In this document: positions 13,101 to 23,400 of the stretch, in pieces
Layout of the letters: every line of letters begins with the position of its first letter
How positions within the stretch are numbered: the stretch's first letter is position 1
NCBI GenBank assembly: GCA_002633005.1
Contig: NMRA01000161.1
Coordinates: forward strand, 687,275 to 751,274
Length of the DNA stretch: 64,000 nucleotides
Source of the DNA: Phoronis australis
Taxonomy: Eukaryota; Animalia; Phoronida
Direction: 5' to 3'
The notes under the pieces: model-generated
Database searches by the model: none
What the model saw: only the letters and a program-made list of their open reading frames with translations
Told to the model about the DNA's origin: nothing
Made by a program: the position numbers and the translations under genes

Positions 13101-16100
13101 TCATTTTGAGTGATGTGTCCTACTGATAGTTGCCCAGGGGTTGTATTACGTTATTCCAAATAGACTGAAAATTAGAGGGGAGGAAGGTTTTTTCGGGAAT
13201 CATGATCCGGCCCTTTTTGTGGCTGTCATTGCGGAAATGCGGGTGATAAATGGAGATTTATTGGGACTGGGATCGAAACGAATTTGACATTAGGGATCAG
13301 GGAAATGGGACAGAAAACCTTTGAACTGGGAATGGGACTTCCTTTCCTCTTTCAAATTACCAGAATTGTTGCATTCACCTGTGTCTTGGTGTTTTAGTTG
13401 ATGTTTGTTTAATTGTTTGTTTGCCTTCAAAACTATGCACTCTGCAGTGGCACTGTCTGGTATTAGTTTTGTTTGTCGTGCTATTATGTAATTACTTTTA
13501 TATATAATTAGCTAAACAGATCATATTGGGCTATTATGTAATTACTTTTATATATAATTAGCTAAACAGATCATGTTGGGCTATTATGTAATTACTTTTA
13601 TATATAATTAGCTAAACAGATCATGTTGGGCTATTATGTAATTACTTTTATATATAATTAGCTAAACAGATCATGTTGGGCTATTATGTAATTACTTTTA
13701 TATATAATTAGCTAAACAGATCATGTTGGGCTATTATGTAATTACTTTTATATATAATTAGCTAAACAGATCATGTTGGGCTATTATGTAATTACTTTTA
13801 TATATAATTAGCTAAACAGGTCATATTGGGCTGTACAGTGGTCATTTTATTCACGCTTGATTGCTCTGTTTCACAGACGACCGAGAGTCGCCGCCTTGCC
13901 CTGGACAGCCTCACTATGGATGGTTGTAGTGTAGATGACCTTGACCTTGACTTTGTCCTGCCCGGCTACTCCAACGTAGAGTTGAAGAAGGGTGGTCGTA
14001 ACATAGCTGTGACGTTAGAGAACCTAGAGGAATATCTCAGGGTAAGATGGGCCGGGTTGGGTTTACTATATCATTGCATTGGCATCGAATCTGGTGTTCA
14101 TGAACAGTGAAAAGGGGTTAAAACTCATGGAAAATAAGCAAAAAGCCATCATTTCATGAGTCATGTTGCTAGTTCATGTGTTTACTCATGATTGGGTGCA
14201 GTCATTAGAAGAAGTTCTATATCTTTTCTAATTGTTTAAACCTAAGTCAGGCAGCCACGGTTCACAGTCACGGTGACCTACAGTGCTGGGGGCCAACTGC
14301 GGTGATTGTTGATGAAATTGGCTGCATTAGTTTTGTTTAACTCTAAACTGTGGGTCGCAGTTGATCCAGAGTGGATTATATGTACTTCTGCGACACTACT
14401 GTAGAACTGCCCAATGACCATAGTAGGGGCAACCATAGCCACTAAGTAGTTAGTGACAATGACGAATGTTGGCAAAATGTCATCTGCCTGTATTTATTCA
14501 ATGTCTTGTGAGCATTTACCATGGAATCTATGCTCTTGCCAAAGCAGGGTGGTTTTAGAGTAATGAACTACCGGTGGGAGATATCGTGGACATGACTGTC
14601 ATAGTCCAGGTTAGACTTGAACAGTGTAGACTCCAACCTGACCGTGCATAAGCACATGAACTTGGGATCAAAAGCACATTCCACCAACTCCGTCTATTTT
14701 GTTTTCAGCTGGTCGCTCATTGGACCCTGGTGGAGGGAGTGGCCAGACAGATGGAGGCATTCAGGGAAGGATTTGAGTCCATATTCCCTCTCATGTCTCT
14801 GCAAAGTTTCTATCCACACGAGGTAATATTCCATTACTGTTCTTGGCATTGTTCTTAAACTTGAAGGTGGTAGAGTTGCACGTGTAACAAACGGTTGACA
14901 GTGTCTTGTGTAGATACTTCTGGCCTCACAAGATATTTGTATCCTCAAAGCCCTTCTTGTTTGTTCATTTTCTATTAATAGCACCACTCATCAGCCTCCT
15001 AGGCTCCGACACGTATTCCTATTCTTGAATAGACTTGTTGAGTGTTGTTTTCAACCCAGTTCGTGGAAACTGCAGACATTTATAAATTTCAACACCAATT
15101 TGGTTCTGCCCCATAAGTTCTTGGTGAATGACAAAACAGATTTCTTTAAAAAAAGAGGTATATCAATGATTGGCTGTGAAGTCCCCTAATCGTTCACATT
15201 AAGAAATTGTTGAGAAATACTAATAGGTAATCTGAATGGATGAATGTTTTCCAGAAATTATTTTTGTTGTTGTATGTATTCAAGCTGCCTTGTTTGTTGC
15301 ATATTTCAGTTAGAGCAATTGTTCTGTGGCAGCACCAATGAATTATGGGAGACTCGGACTCTGATCGAGTGCTGCCGTCCCGACCACGGCTACACGTTCG
15401 ACAGTCGTGCTGTCAAGTTCCTGTTTGAGATCCTCAGCGCGTATAACACAGAGGAACAGAGGCAGTTCCTCCAGTTTGTCACCGGCTCTCCTAGACTTCC
15501 TGTTGGAGGTGAGGGATTATGGTCAATATTCGCTGTGCAGTTACACCTTAGGGACTCTCTTCCCTTTATTTTCACCAGTTTAGAAAATGAAAGGAATTTC
15601 ATCAGTCGAGAATCGCTACTAAAATAGTTGCATTTGGTAAATAACAGACTTCCATGTATATTGTGTTTTTTATTGGCAAGTCATAGGAAGTGATGTTCAT
15701 TGCCGTTCAACTGTGGCGGCCATATTGTTGGTGCACCACCAGACATTCAAATATTTTGAAAATTCCATATTTAAGACGTCTGATTACGTGTGCATGTTGA
15801 ATGAGCGTTACTTGGTTAAAAGTTTTAACTTGATGAATTTGTTGTCAAATTTCTTTTTTTTTATGAATTTGTTGTCAAATTTCTTTTTTTTTTTTGAAGT
15901 TTTTACCTGAAAGAAGTGGAAAAGTGTATTTTGAAAAGCGCAAGACAGTGAAACATTGAATTAGAAACATTTCACTTACAATCTTTTCAACAGAGTTGCA
16001 ATAAAAGTTACATAAAAAGATGGCGCTATTGCGACGTGTTGTTGAATGGTATTAGTCAGTGCTGTGTAATACTTTAATTTTTTGTGAATTTGGGAAATTA

Positions 16101-16461
16101 GTACTTATGTTATTGAAAAACTTTTGTAAATATTATTTGTGTATCTTGGATATGATGTTCTTACTTCAAACAACTTTCAACTTTTGCATTTCATTTGATG
16201 GAGAACATTCATGTAATATGACGTTTAGTTGTGTTCTTTATGTTGCCTAATGTCCCATTTGTAGGTTTCAAAAGCCTGACACCACCATTGACGATAGTTC
16301 GGAAGACATTCGAGTCAACGGAGAACCCCGACAGTTTCCTGCCCTCTGTCATGACCTGCGTGAACTATCTCAAACTGCCCGACTACTCCAGTGCGGAAGT
16401 GATGCGTAGCAAGCTTCAAGTGGCTGCCAGCATGGGACAGTTCTCTTTCCACTTGTCATAG
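1027..16461 (+). CDS. TRIP12: E3 ubiquitin-protein ligase TRIP12 (Ufd4/CTRIP family, HECT), 5'-partial, 20 coding exons in window
   Basis: Exons splice in phase via GT-AG: 2858 nt, no internal stop. TRIP12 motifs: [95 protein letters not shown] (catalytic Cys codon 16357-16359). Confidence 0.96.
1514..1592 (+). CDS. TRIP12: TRIP12 exon (EPSLL...[12 protein letters not shown])
   Basis: ttttag acceptor, gtagat donor; NREK..WI..QA motif. Confidence 0.9.
1984..2093 (+). CDS. TRIP12: TRIP12 exon (...[11 protein letters not shown]...)
   Basis: ttccag acceptor, gtaaaa donor; PALNVL motif. Confidence 0.9.
3116..3301 (+). CDS. TRIP12: TRIP12 exon (...[14 protein letters not shown]...RLRAFLHVF)
   Basis: cag acceptor, gtaagt donor; conserved motif. 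Confidence 0.92.
4110..4214 (+). CDS. TRIP12: TRIP12 exon (...[14 protein letters not shown])
   Basis: ttgcag acceptor, gtgcgt donor; phase 0-0. Confidence 0.9.
4660..4752 (+). CDS. TRIP12: TRIP12 exon (FQVKVHDLP...KFFNTHQLK)
   Basis: ttcag acceptor, gtgagc donor; conserved motif. Confidence 0.93.
5122..5256 (+). CDS. TRIP12: TRIP12 exon (CQLQRHP...[17 protein letters not shown])
   Basis: tttag acceptor, gtaggt donor; highly conserved motif. Confidence 0.95.
5848..5907 (+). CDS. TRIP12: TRIP12 exon (acidic [20 protein letters not shown])
   Basis: tatag acceptor, gtaagt donor; acidic linker typical of TRIP12. Confidence 0.9.
5897..5961 (+). repeat. 31-bp tandem duplication spanning a TRIP12 splice donor
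   Basis: atgacactatggtaagtRcRtcgctttcatt x2. Confidence 0.9.
6440..6860 (+). repeat. Degenerate ~100-bp tandem repeat ending in the exon acceptor at 6838
   Basis: Recurring ccatcaac(t)ctat..ggctg..(g/c)tcttcatcacac-like units. Confidence 0.6.
6839..7035 (+). CDS. TRIP12: TRIP12 exon (...[11 protein letters not shown]...[10 protein letters not shown])
   Basis: tgtag acceptor, gtaggt donor; conserved motif. Confidence 0.93.
7883..8150 (+). repeat. Triplicated intron-end/exon-start unit
   Basis: gtgagt(c/a)acaag..tgtgtt.gtc.tactatt.ca.tgtttac....ag|gt.cc at 7883, 7979 and 8056. Confidence 0.9.
8105..8226 (+). CDS. TRIP12: TRIP12 exon (YRPASNSD...EDLWH)
   Basis: catcag acceptor, gtaatc donor; phase 2-1 fits both neighbours. 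Confidence 0.88.
8495..8857. mobile_element. Non-autonomous DNA transposon fragment ending CC+TTAA (Kolobok-like); second copy at ~55850-56198
   Basis: Clear similarity between the two copies (catatgtacacctcgtt, gtaacctttgacct, gtagtaaacaaatttt, ttgaga.atccttaa). Confidence 0.7.
8894..9045 (+). CDS. TRIP12: TRIP12 exon (DGVCP...[17 protein letters not shown])
   Basis: ttcag acceptor, gtaggc donor. Confidence 0.92.
9788..9930 (+). CDS. TRIP12: TRIP12 exon (...[25 protein letters not shown]...)
   Basis: ccag acceptor, gtgagt donor; conserved motif. Confidence 0.95.
10658..10814 (+). CDS. TRIP12: TRIP12 exon ([14 protein letters not shown]...[10 protein letters not shown])
   Basis: tgcag acceptor, gtgtgt donor; conserved motif. 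Confidence 0.95.
11255..11468 (+). CDS. TRIP12: TRIP12 exon, start of HECT domain ([20 protein letters not shown])
   Basis: ttccag acceptor, gtgagt donor; HECT N-lobe motif. Confidence 0.96.
12022..12176 (+). CDS. TRIP12: TRIP12 exon, HECT (GLFPAPL...[17 protein letters not shown])
   Basis: ttcag acceptor, gtaatt donor. Confidence 0.95.
12810..12974 (+). CDS. TRIP12: TRIP12 exon, HECT ([13 protein letters not shown]...)
   Basis: tgtag acceptor, gtatgt donor. Confidence 0.94.
13481..13830. repeat. Minisatellite, 50-bp unit x7
   Basis: ctattatgtaattacttttatatataattagctaaacagatcatgttggg at 13481, 13531 ... 13781; near-identical copies. Confidence 0.97.
13877..14041 (+). CDS. TRIP12: TRIP12 exon, HECT (...LDLDFVLPG...ELKKGG...NLEEYL)
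   Basis: cacag acceptor, gtaaga donor. Confidence 0.95.
14709..14822 (+). CDS. TRIP12: TRIP12 exon, HECT ([27 protein letters not shown]...FYPHE)
   Basis: ttcag acceptor, gtaata donor. Confidence 0.95.
15310..15508 (+). CDS. TRIP12: TRIP12 exon, HECT C-lobe (PDHGYT...[14 protein letters not shown])
   Basis: ttcag acceptor, gtgagg donor. Confidence 0.96.
16265..16461 (+). CDS. TRIP12: TRIP12 terminal coding exon with catalytic Cys, ends FHLS-stop
   Basis: tgtag acceptor; [16 protein letters not shown]; TAG at 16459-16461. Confidence 0.97.
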
Positions 16462-18850
16462 TCAGACATTGTATGTACAGTGTATTTGCAATACGGTTGG
16501 GTTAGCCCAGCATTTTGATACGCCTTGTCATGAGCTACTGACGATATTATGTCGACTGGTTGAGTTCATTTTGTGATGAAATGCATTGTAGCATGGCTAG
16601 AATTTAAATACACTTTCCGGTTCGGTCATCATACTCTACGACTCTGTCATAGTCTGACCGACAGATGGCATGCAAGTTCTGGACACGAGCAAGGTTGACC
16701 TCCAGCAGGTTCCCTCAGAAAGGATCACAGAAGCGGTGAAGTTAAAGTTGCATTAAACTTGCTCCAGGTGTCAAAAATCAACTTTTTATTTAGTCCAGGT
16801 ACCATCACATCAATCTTATCTTGTTCCTTGGTTTGAGAATAAGTGACAGTGTGTTGCTGCTTCAGACCAGGCACATAAGTTGCTTGTCACAGAGGGTCAG
16901 CAGTTTCAGTGGCCCATGCAGTATGGCTGTCAAGAGAACTCCAGTTGTCTTGTTGCTAGTAAGTTCATTTCAAACAAAGGGTAAGAACACAATGATGTTG
17001 GTTTGGGCAAGCCAAGTGTGAAGAAAAAATGGTTTTGATACCTGGATACTGTTTATGGTAGCTTTAATTGTTTCCTTTAATGCCTTGTTTCCTGTTGACA
17101 CTTTCAAGTCTTTTAATTGAACATTGTCCCAATCTGTCAGTGTCTGTTGCTGGATACTGTAGTTGAATTTCATTCTCAGACTGCTTATATCATGGAGACG
17201 TAATGTAACTCATGTTCAGTACTACCACGCCATCTGCTGGTAAACCTGTGAAGATTTTAATCAAGTCACGGAGTGTCCAGTTTTTGTGAAAGTGTCTTCA
17301 GTTCTCGACTGCTGTAAGTGTACATTTCATATGTTATAAGGTTATGTGCAGAAAGGTGCTGAAGTATTGCAGTATTTGTACAGCACAGAGCCATTGTGGA
17401 TGAAAGTCGTGTGTCTTTGGCTGTGGTACAGTAAACGTACTACTATTTGAGTCACAGTCGGTTGTTCATAAGTATGGCATTCATTATGTGCAGCTGATTT
17501 GCAATACGACTGGCTTGTTTCGGCATTATTTTTCATTTAATTAAAGATGAGGCTTTTTATGATATTGCTGTGTTGGAATAATAGTATTTTACACCATTCT
17601 TTTGTTGAGGGCCTGGCATATCAAATGCTTTCTCAGAACATTCGAAACCAGTCTTAGCATCTTGGTAAAACAGGCTGTGGATGGACAGAAATGGGTAACT
17701 TTAACCAAAAACTTGCCTCGAGTGAGACACCGTCAACGTAGTTCTTACTCAGATAATAGATAGTTAGACAGTTCCTTCTGAGTGCCCCCTATGTTTAAGA
17801 AATCGTACTGAGAACTACCTCGGTGTAAGTGGACTCTTTAAGTGACATCAATTCTAAGACAGGAAAACCATGCTGTTCCTTTGCTGCTGTTGTGGAAGTT
17901 GAGAATTTAAGCACCATATAGGTGGTGCCGGTGTTCTTATTAGTATTGTATGTGCTTACAGCCAATGCAGGGAAGCTCCTATGTGAAATGGATATTAAAG
18001 TTCACAAGATTCCAATTATTGTCAGAACCTCAAAATGACTGGTTCTGTTTGTGTTCTCTTCATGTATAAAAGCGGTTTCTTTGTTTATAACCTTAGTATG
18101 AGAGGGCGTGGAAATATGGCTCAAAATAATCAGCTTATTTTATTGTTTGTGAGATGATCTCTTTGCTGTTGTGAACCGATAAAGCTGCGTAAACCCAGTG
18201 TAAGTCAAAAAACAAGTTTTGTTTGGGATTACTTATCATTTAAAATGGTTTTAACTTCTTTCTTATTCAGTTGAGAAGTGGTTTCAGGGCTTTTGAAGAA
18301 AAAACAGTTCAGTATTGCTAGAGATCGCGCTTGTGCCATTTAATTACCAGACATGACAAGCTAAGTTGTCGAGTAAGAATGAGTTGGCACTTCTTCCCAT
18401 GTGGAAGAATCATTAATCTGAGCAGGGTAAAAGACGAAACCAGTTCTCAAACCGTAAGTAATCTGAATAAAAATTCTTTTGACGCAAGGTGGGGTTGTAT
18501 GTGCAGCTTGAAGACTGTTGTACAGCTTAGCACGAGACCGACTCAACACGTTTTGATTTGTTTAACAAAAAATGCGCGTCTTTGGTAACTTTGACTTGAG
18601 CTAGGCAGGTGACTGGTTCTAGCTTACTAGATTTTTAAGGTGCTTCCAGTTCTCAAACTAAACATTGTATTAACGCATACACGCGTATATTGTTTGCCAT
18701 TTTGTTGATAAGTTAAGATGTATGTACTAATCGCCTGGAAAGATGGATGTTGGACTGAGTTATTGTAATAAGATCAAAGATATCATTTTGTCAAAGGTTA
18801 GGATAGTTGGCACCAAAGACTGTTGTCTGTGTGTTTTGTGTACAAAAAGA

Positions 18851-18873
18851 AATAAAATGCCTGTTTGAATAAA
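18851..18873 (+). promoter_or_regulatory. Probable TRIP12 polyadenylation signals (two AATAAA), implying a ~2.4 kb 3'UTR
   Basis: AATAAA at 18851-18856 and 18868-18873 ending a long T/G-rich tract; a further AATAAA near 18466. Confidence 0.55.
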
Positions 18874-19156
18874 AGTGTTCTTCACTCAATGCAACTACAT
18901 GCTGTTGAAATTTTCAGACAGTTGGCAAATTTCGTCTGGTCATAGGAGTTAGGGGAATGTTTGCTCCTAGAGTTTGCTGGTTTTCAAGAGAAGGGTTTGG
19001 TTGACTTCTCCAACCAAAAAAGCAGAAAATCAGTATTTGTAGAGGTTTGTGCGAATACAACAAACAGTGAATTACATTGTTGCATAGTAGATGTTCCCAA
19101 AACATGAATAACGACGCTAAATTGATCGTTGGTGTTGCCAAAGGACACTGTAGAAA

Positions 19157-19301
19157 CAGGGGCGGATCCAGGATTTCGAGTTGAGGGGGGGGGCGGGGCA
19201 GGGCAGAGTATTAGCCAGGATTTTGCTGTCGGACATTCGCACCCCCGAACTGTCAAATAGGGGGGCATGGCCCCTTTGCCACCCCCCTAAATCCACCACT
19301 G
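19157..19301. mobile_element. Short GC-rich MITE
   Basis: TIRs caggggcggatccagga / cctaaatccaccactg. Confidence 0.7.
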
Positions 19302-20413
19302 GGAAACATTGCTTTGCAGATTTCGCTTCAATGTGTTGCTGTATTTACCAGGTAAGGCAACTATCAAGTGTGAGCAGTAGACATACGGCCTCGTTCAACC
19401 AGGTTATAACGGAACCTTTCTGTAAGACTAGTTTACAAGTTTGGTGAGATTAATATGCAAATTGTAAGATATCACCATGCATTACAAGTGAAATGTGACG
19501 TCGCTAACTTTTACATGCATGGAGAATTTTGTGTCGCAACCCTGCATCCGTGGATACCATATGAACAGTTTCCGTTGCTTGGGAGAAGTGTGATATGAAA
19601 ACATGAACAACAATCAATATTTGCTAACAAAAGTAAAGTTTATCTTCCTTATCTAACATCAAATACAAAACCAACGTTACCATTAATGATTAATAATGAC
19701 TGAAATAAACTTTCACTCAGCATGTCACATCTGAACGCATAAGTCTCTTCTAAATTCTAGTGGAGCTAAATTCTACAGTTAACTACTGCTGGAGTGCAGT
19801 TTTCCATCATTTGCTTAATTTTGCTTAGAGGGTGTGATTGGACACTCCAAAAATCTACTTGTACTTGACTTCAACAAAAGAATCATTAAACCTGAACTGG
19901 TTAACACATCTACCCGTCATGTACTTAATTCTTACTAATCCGAAAAAAGGAACTCTGGATAACCCACTGCTAATCCTGGATAACCTACTGCTAATGTTGG
20001 ATAACCACCTAGCCTTTGAAACAGTTCTTGTGGATATAGTCTAGTGACTTCCTGAGGTTGTGTGCAGCGAGAGGTCCCTCAAACCTGACAGGTCGACCTG
20101 CGCACACTGTATTGCGAACCAGATTCTCCAGCCAGGTGTCCCTGTCTTGGATCTTTGTCGGCTCCATTGAGCAAGAAGTGGTTGGCAGACTGGAAAATTT
20201 GCAGAATTAAAAATCTCTTTCAAAAGCGGTCCTTTTATGACAAACTTTTGTTTGGGAACACAGTGGAACTGATAGGGATATACAAAAACGATACTTCATT
20301 CCTGGACTGTTAGGGAATTGAAAGCAATGGCTCCATCAGCACACATCGAATCACACCCGGTCCCACGAATGAAATAGGTTGAACCGCAGCACATTTCACC
20401 TGGGCAATACTTT

Positions 20414-20432
20414 TCATCTGAATAGGCCGATT
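20414..20432 (-). CDS. Unknown gene, terminal coding exon (IGLFR-stop)
   Basis: cccttctag acceptor; phase 2 from previous exon gives TGA at 20416-20414. Confidence 0.6.
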
Positions 20433-23400
20433 CTAGAAGGGAATTTTTTTTTGAAACAATGGCGAACTGAGATTCAATTGCAGGAAAAATTGAACAATAC
20501 CCAGCCCCAAGTATGTGGGTATTGTTCAATGCTTCTTGCAGTTTGTCTCAAGATCGACACACATCATGTTAGCATGTGTTGCAAATGCTGCTTAAAAAAG
20601 TTGGCAGTGGTGACCAACCACTAGTAGAAGCAGAAAACAAACCGAAACCATCTGCATATCACATGACCACAAATCCCACCCAACACCAAAAACACTGCCA
20701 AGAATAACATACAAGTTAAAACCCTGTTTAGCTGGTTAAAAATCAAAAACAAATTGGGCCTTTTATTCTCATAAAACTAGACTGATAGGATAATTAAGTC
20801 ACATCAATGTCTACATGAACCATTTTAGAATTCACAATTTTACAGATCAAGTTTGAGTCTAATACTGGAATAAAAACTTACAAAAATAGCGACGTTGCCT
20901 CCACATCTCACAGACTTCAGCTTGGCTTGTGATGTTAGCGTTATTCTGGCCAATTGGTGGTCTTTTGGCTAAACGGCGTGGCATTGACGTCAGTACACCA
21001 TACCATAAGTGTGACAAATCGAATCGTAAACCGTCTCTTCTATTTAAAGAGGGACTCTCAATACGCTCATGGAGAGCTTCCTTTACACCCCTTCTGAACC
21101 AGTCTTCCTCACAGTCTAAGATAGTAACATCATCCGTATTGAAATCATGTCCAGTGGCGCACATGTGGGATGGTGTACTGACGTCAATGCCGTGCCGTTT
21201 AGCCAAAACGCCACCAATTGGTCAGAATACCGATAACGTCACAAGCCAAGCTGAAGTCACGAATTCCAGTATTAGACTCAAACTTGATGTCTCAAAATTT
21301 TCATGCTTTTACAATTTTACAGTTAGCCACACCCAAAAATGAAGTGTTTTTTGAGTTCCCAATGGTAGTAATGCTCTTTTTGGTAACAAATGTAGTTATT
21401 TAGCAAGCTGAACAGAAAAAAATGCAGCTTTGACTGATTGGTGAACTGAGAAATTCACCAAGCAATGACTCGACATGCATCCCTCATTCACACATACCGC
21501 GATGGTAACAGAGGCCTGTTGCTGAACTGGTCCACCAGATATTGTTCAATCTTGTCATCACAGTCCAGTCCTGAAAGTGAACATGAAGCACTTTCATTTA
21601 CACAGTCCAGTTTACTGATGAAAAATTAAAACTGAAGTACGTAATACGTTACTTCTTATTAGGTCCCACTATATTTTCTGACAGACCCCATTATTCAAAA
21701 TAATACGACAGTTTTGCACCTAATTGGCACATAATAAGGTGAACGAATGAAATTTTGTTTTCTCAATATTTTCTATGAAAACGAGGATTAAGAAATTTAA
21801 TTTGGTTTAGCTTCATTTCTGCAACATAAACATCATGAAGTAGCAGTTAGTCAAGTTTCTACTATTGGCCGAGGTAATCGGGTTTTGAAAGGTGGAAAAT
21901 TGACAATTTTAACCATTCTTTGCGTGCAAAATCAGTGGAGAACCCTACTTTTGAAACACACGAATGTCTCGACATAACATCACTACATGTTGCGCACCCA
22001 CATGCTGCATGGAATGTGACTGTAACTTACCAAGACGTGCCATTCTGGCCCAGAATGAACTCTCCAAGAGAGGCTGGGGAGGATGGGAACCCGGCGGACC
22101 TCGGCGACATTCATCTTCCACTACGCTGTTATGACAAGAAAATTGAACACATTCATTGAAATGTGCCATGTGGGACAGCATTCAGTAATAAACAAAATAC
22201 AAACAGATCATTAATTAAAGTTACACATTCAAATAAAAGGCCCTTATCCAATCCGACTAAATGCTTCCTGGAAGCGTACAACGACATATTTCAGGTTGTA
22301 CAACTGGAAAAAAATTGTGAGGTTGAAGTCACAGGAAATGGACATCAAAACCTTAACCTTCTCAACTGCAAAATCATATTGTCAAGGGAATTTTTCTGGA
22401 ATGTTCCATTTTAAGTGCTTAAAACCAACATTTACCTGGTTTTGACAAGTGACTAATCGTCAGCGTCATTAAACCTAAGAACTGCACATCACAATCGTGA
22501 AGTCAATATCAAAAAATGAAGAAAAGCTAAAGTTTCGTAGCTCCTCAGACATAAGTGTGACGTTAGCACCAGCGTGTCATATCCAACTGCAATCGAGTTT
22601 CTTGTACAAACTTACGCCATAAGCCAGTGACTTACAGAAAGTGAAACAATCGACAGAATGGCTAAATACCAAGTTGTAACAACCAATACAAACACAATGC
22701 CTCACCCTTCCAGTTGTACCATAAATCTCAGGAAAACGACCAGCAATATCTGACGACTTCACACTAAACACACTGGAAGAGGACTAGTGCTGTGATTGGT
22801 GTTCCCGATTTTTCATAGTACGTGCCAACCAATGAATGCTCGTAACTCATGATCAGCTAATGATAGTGTTCGCGGGTGTACTAATTTGATAGCTGATTGG
22901 TTGATCAGGTGGTTCGTTTTTTGTGTTTTCATATGAAATTGGTAACATTAGTGCCGTTTACACTTACAAAGTTGACACGGATCAGCTGACACGGAACAAG
23001 TTGTTCCAGTGTGTAAACAGACTGACACGGCGCAAATTGACACCGCGGTGACAAATTTTTGCCACCCGTTTGTGAGGTAGAGTAATTTGCCCCCGAACAT
23101 CTTGCGCCGTGTCAATTATAAGTCTAAACGCGAAACTGGAGTAAGGCGGAAAGGATCATCTCTACTGCGCTTGCCTAATGACCTACGTACGGGTTCTTTG
23201 TCTATGCAACTCTCGTCATTTGCAAACCTGCGCATGTGCGATCCAGTCTCTCCAGCCTTTAATTTCCGTCTTGCCATGGTTAGTGAGTTGTGTGTGTAAA
23301 CGGCCGCTTGGCACGGGTCAGTTTGCTCCGTGTCAGTTGCGCCGGACCAAAAGTTGATATCTAAATGGGACTATAAAGAACTTTAAGAGCCAGTCACCAT

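Noticed and set aside
13481-13830. Regular repeat array as a CRISPR array
   Set aside because: Head-to-tail identical units with no unique spacers, inside a eukaryotic intron
15833-15896. ~30-bp tandem duplication, and the 21-bp repeat at ~19968-20010
   Set aside because: Ordinary slippage duplications with no evident effect on splicing or coding
16462-18900. Iron-responsive elements at CAGTGT hexamers in the TRIP12 3'UTR
   Set aside because: The flanks of the hexamers I checked do not form the 5-bp upper stem with a bulged C
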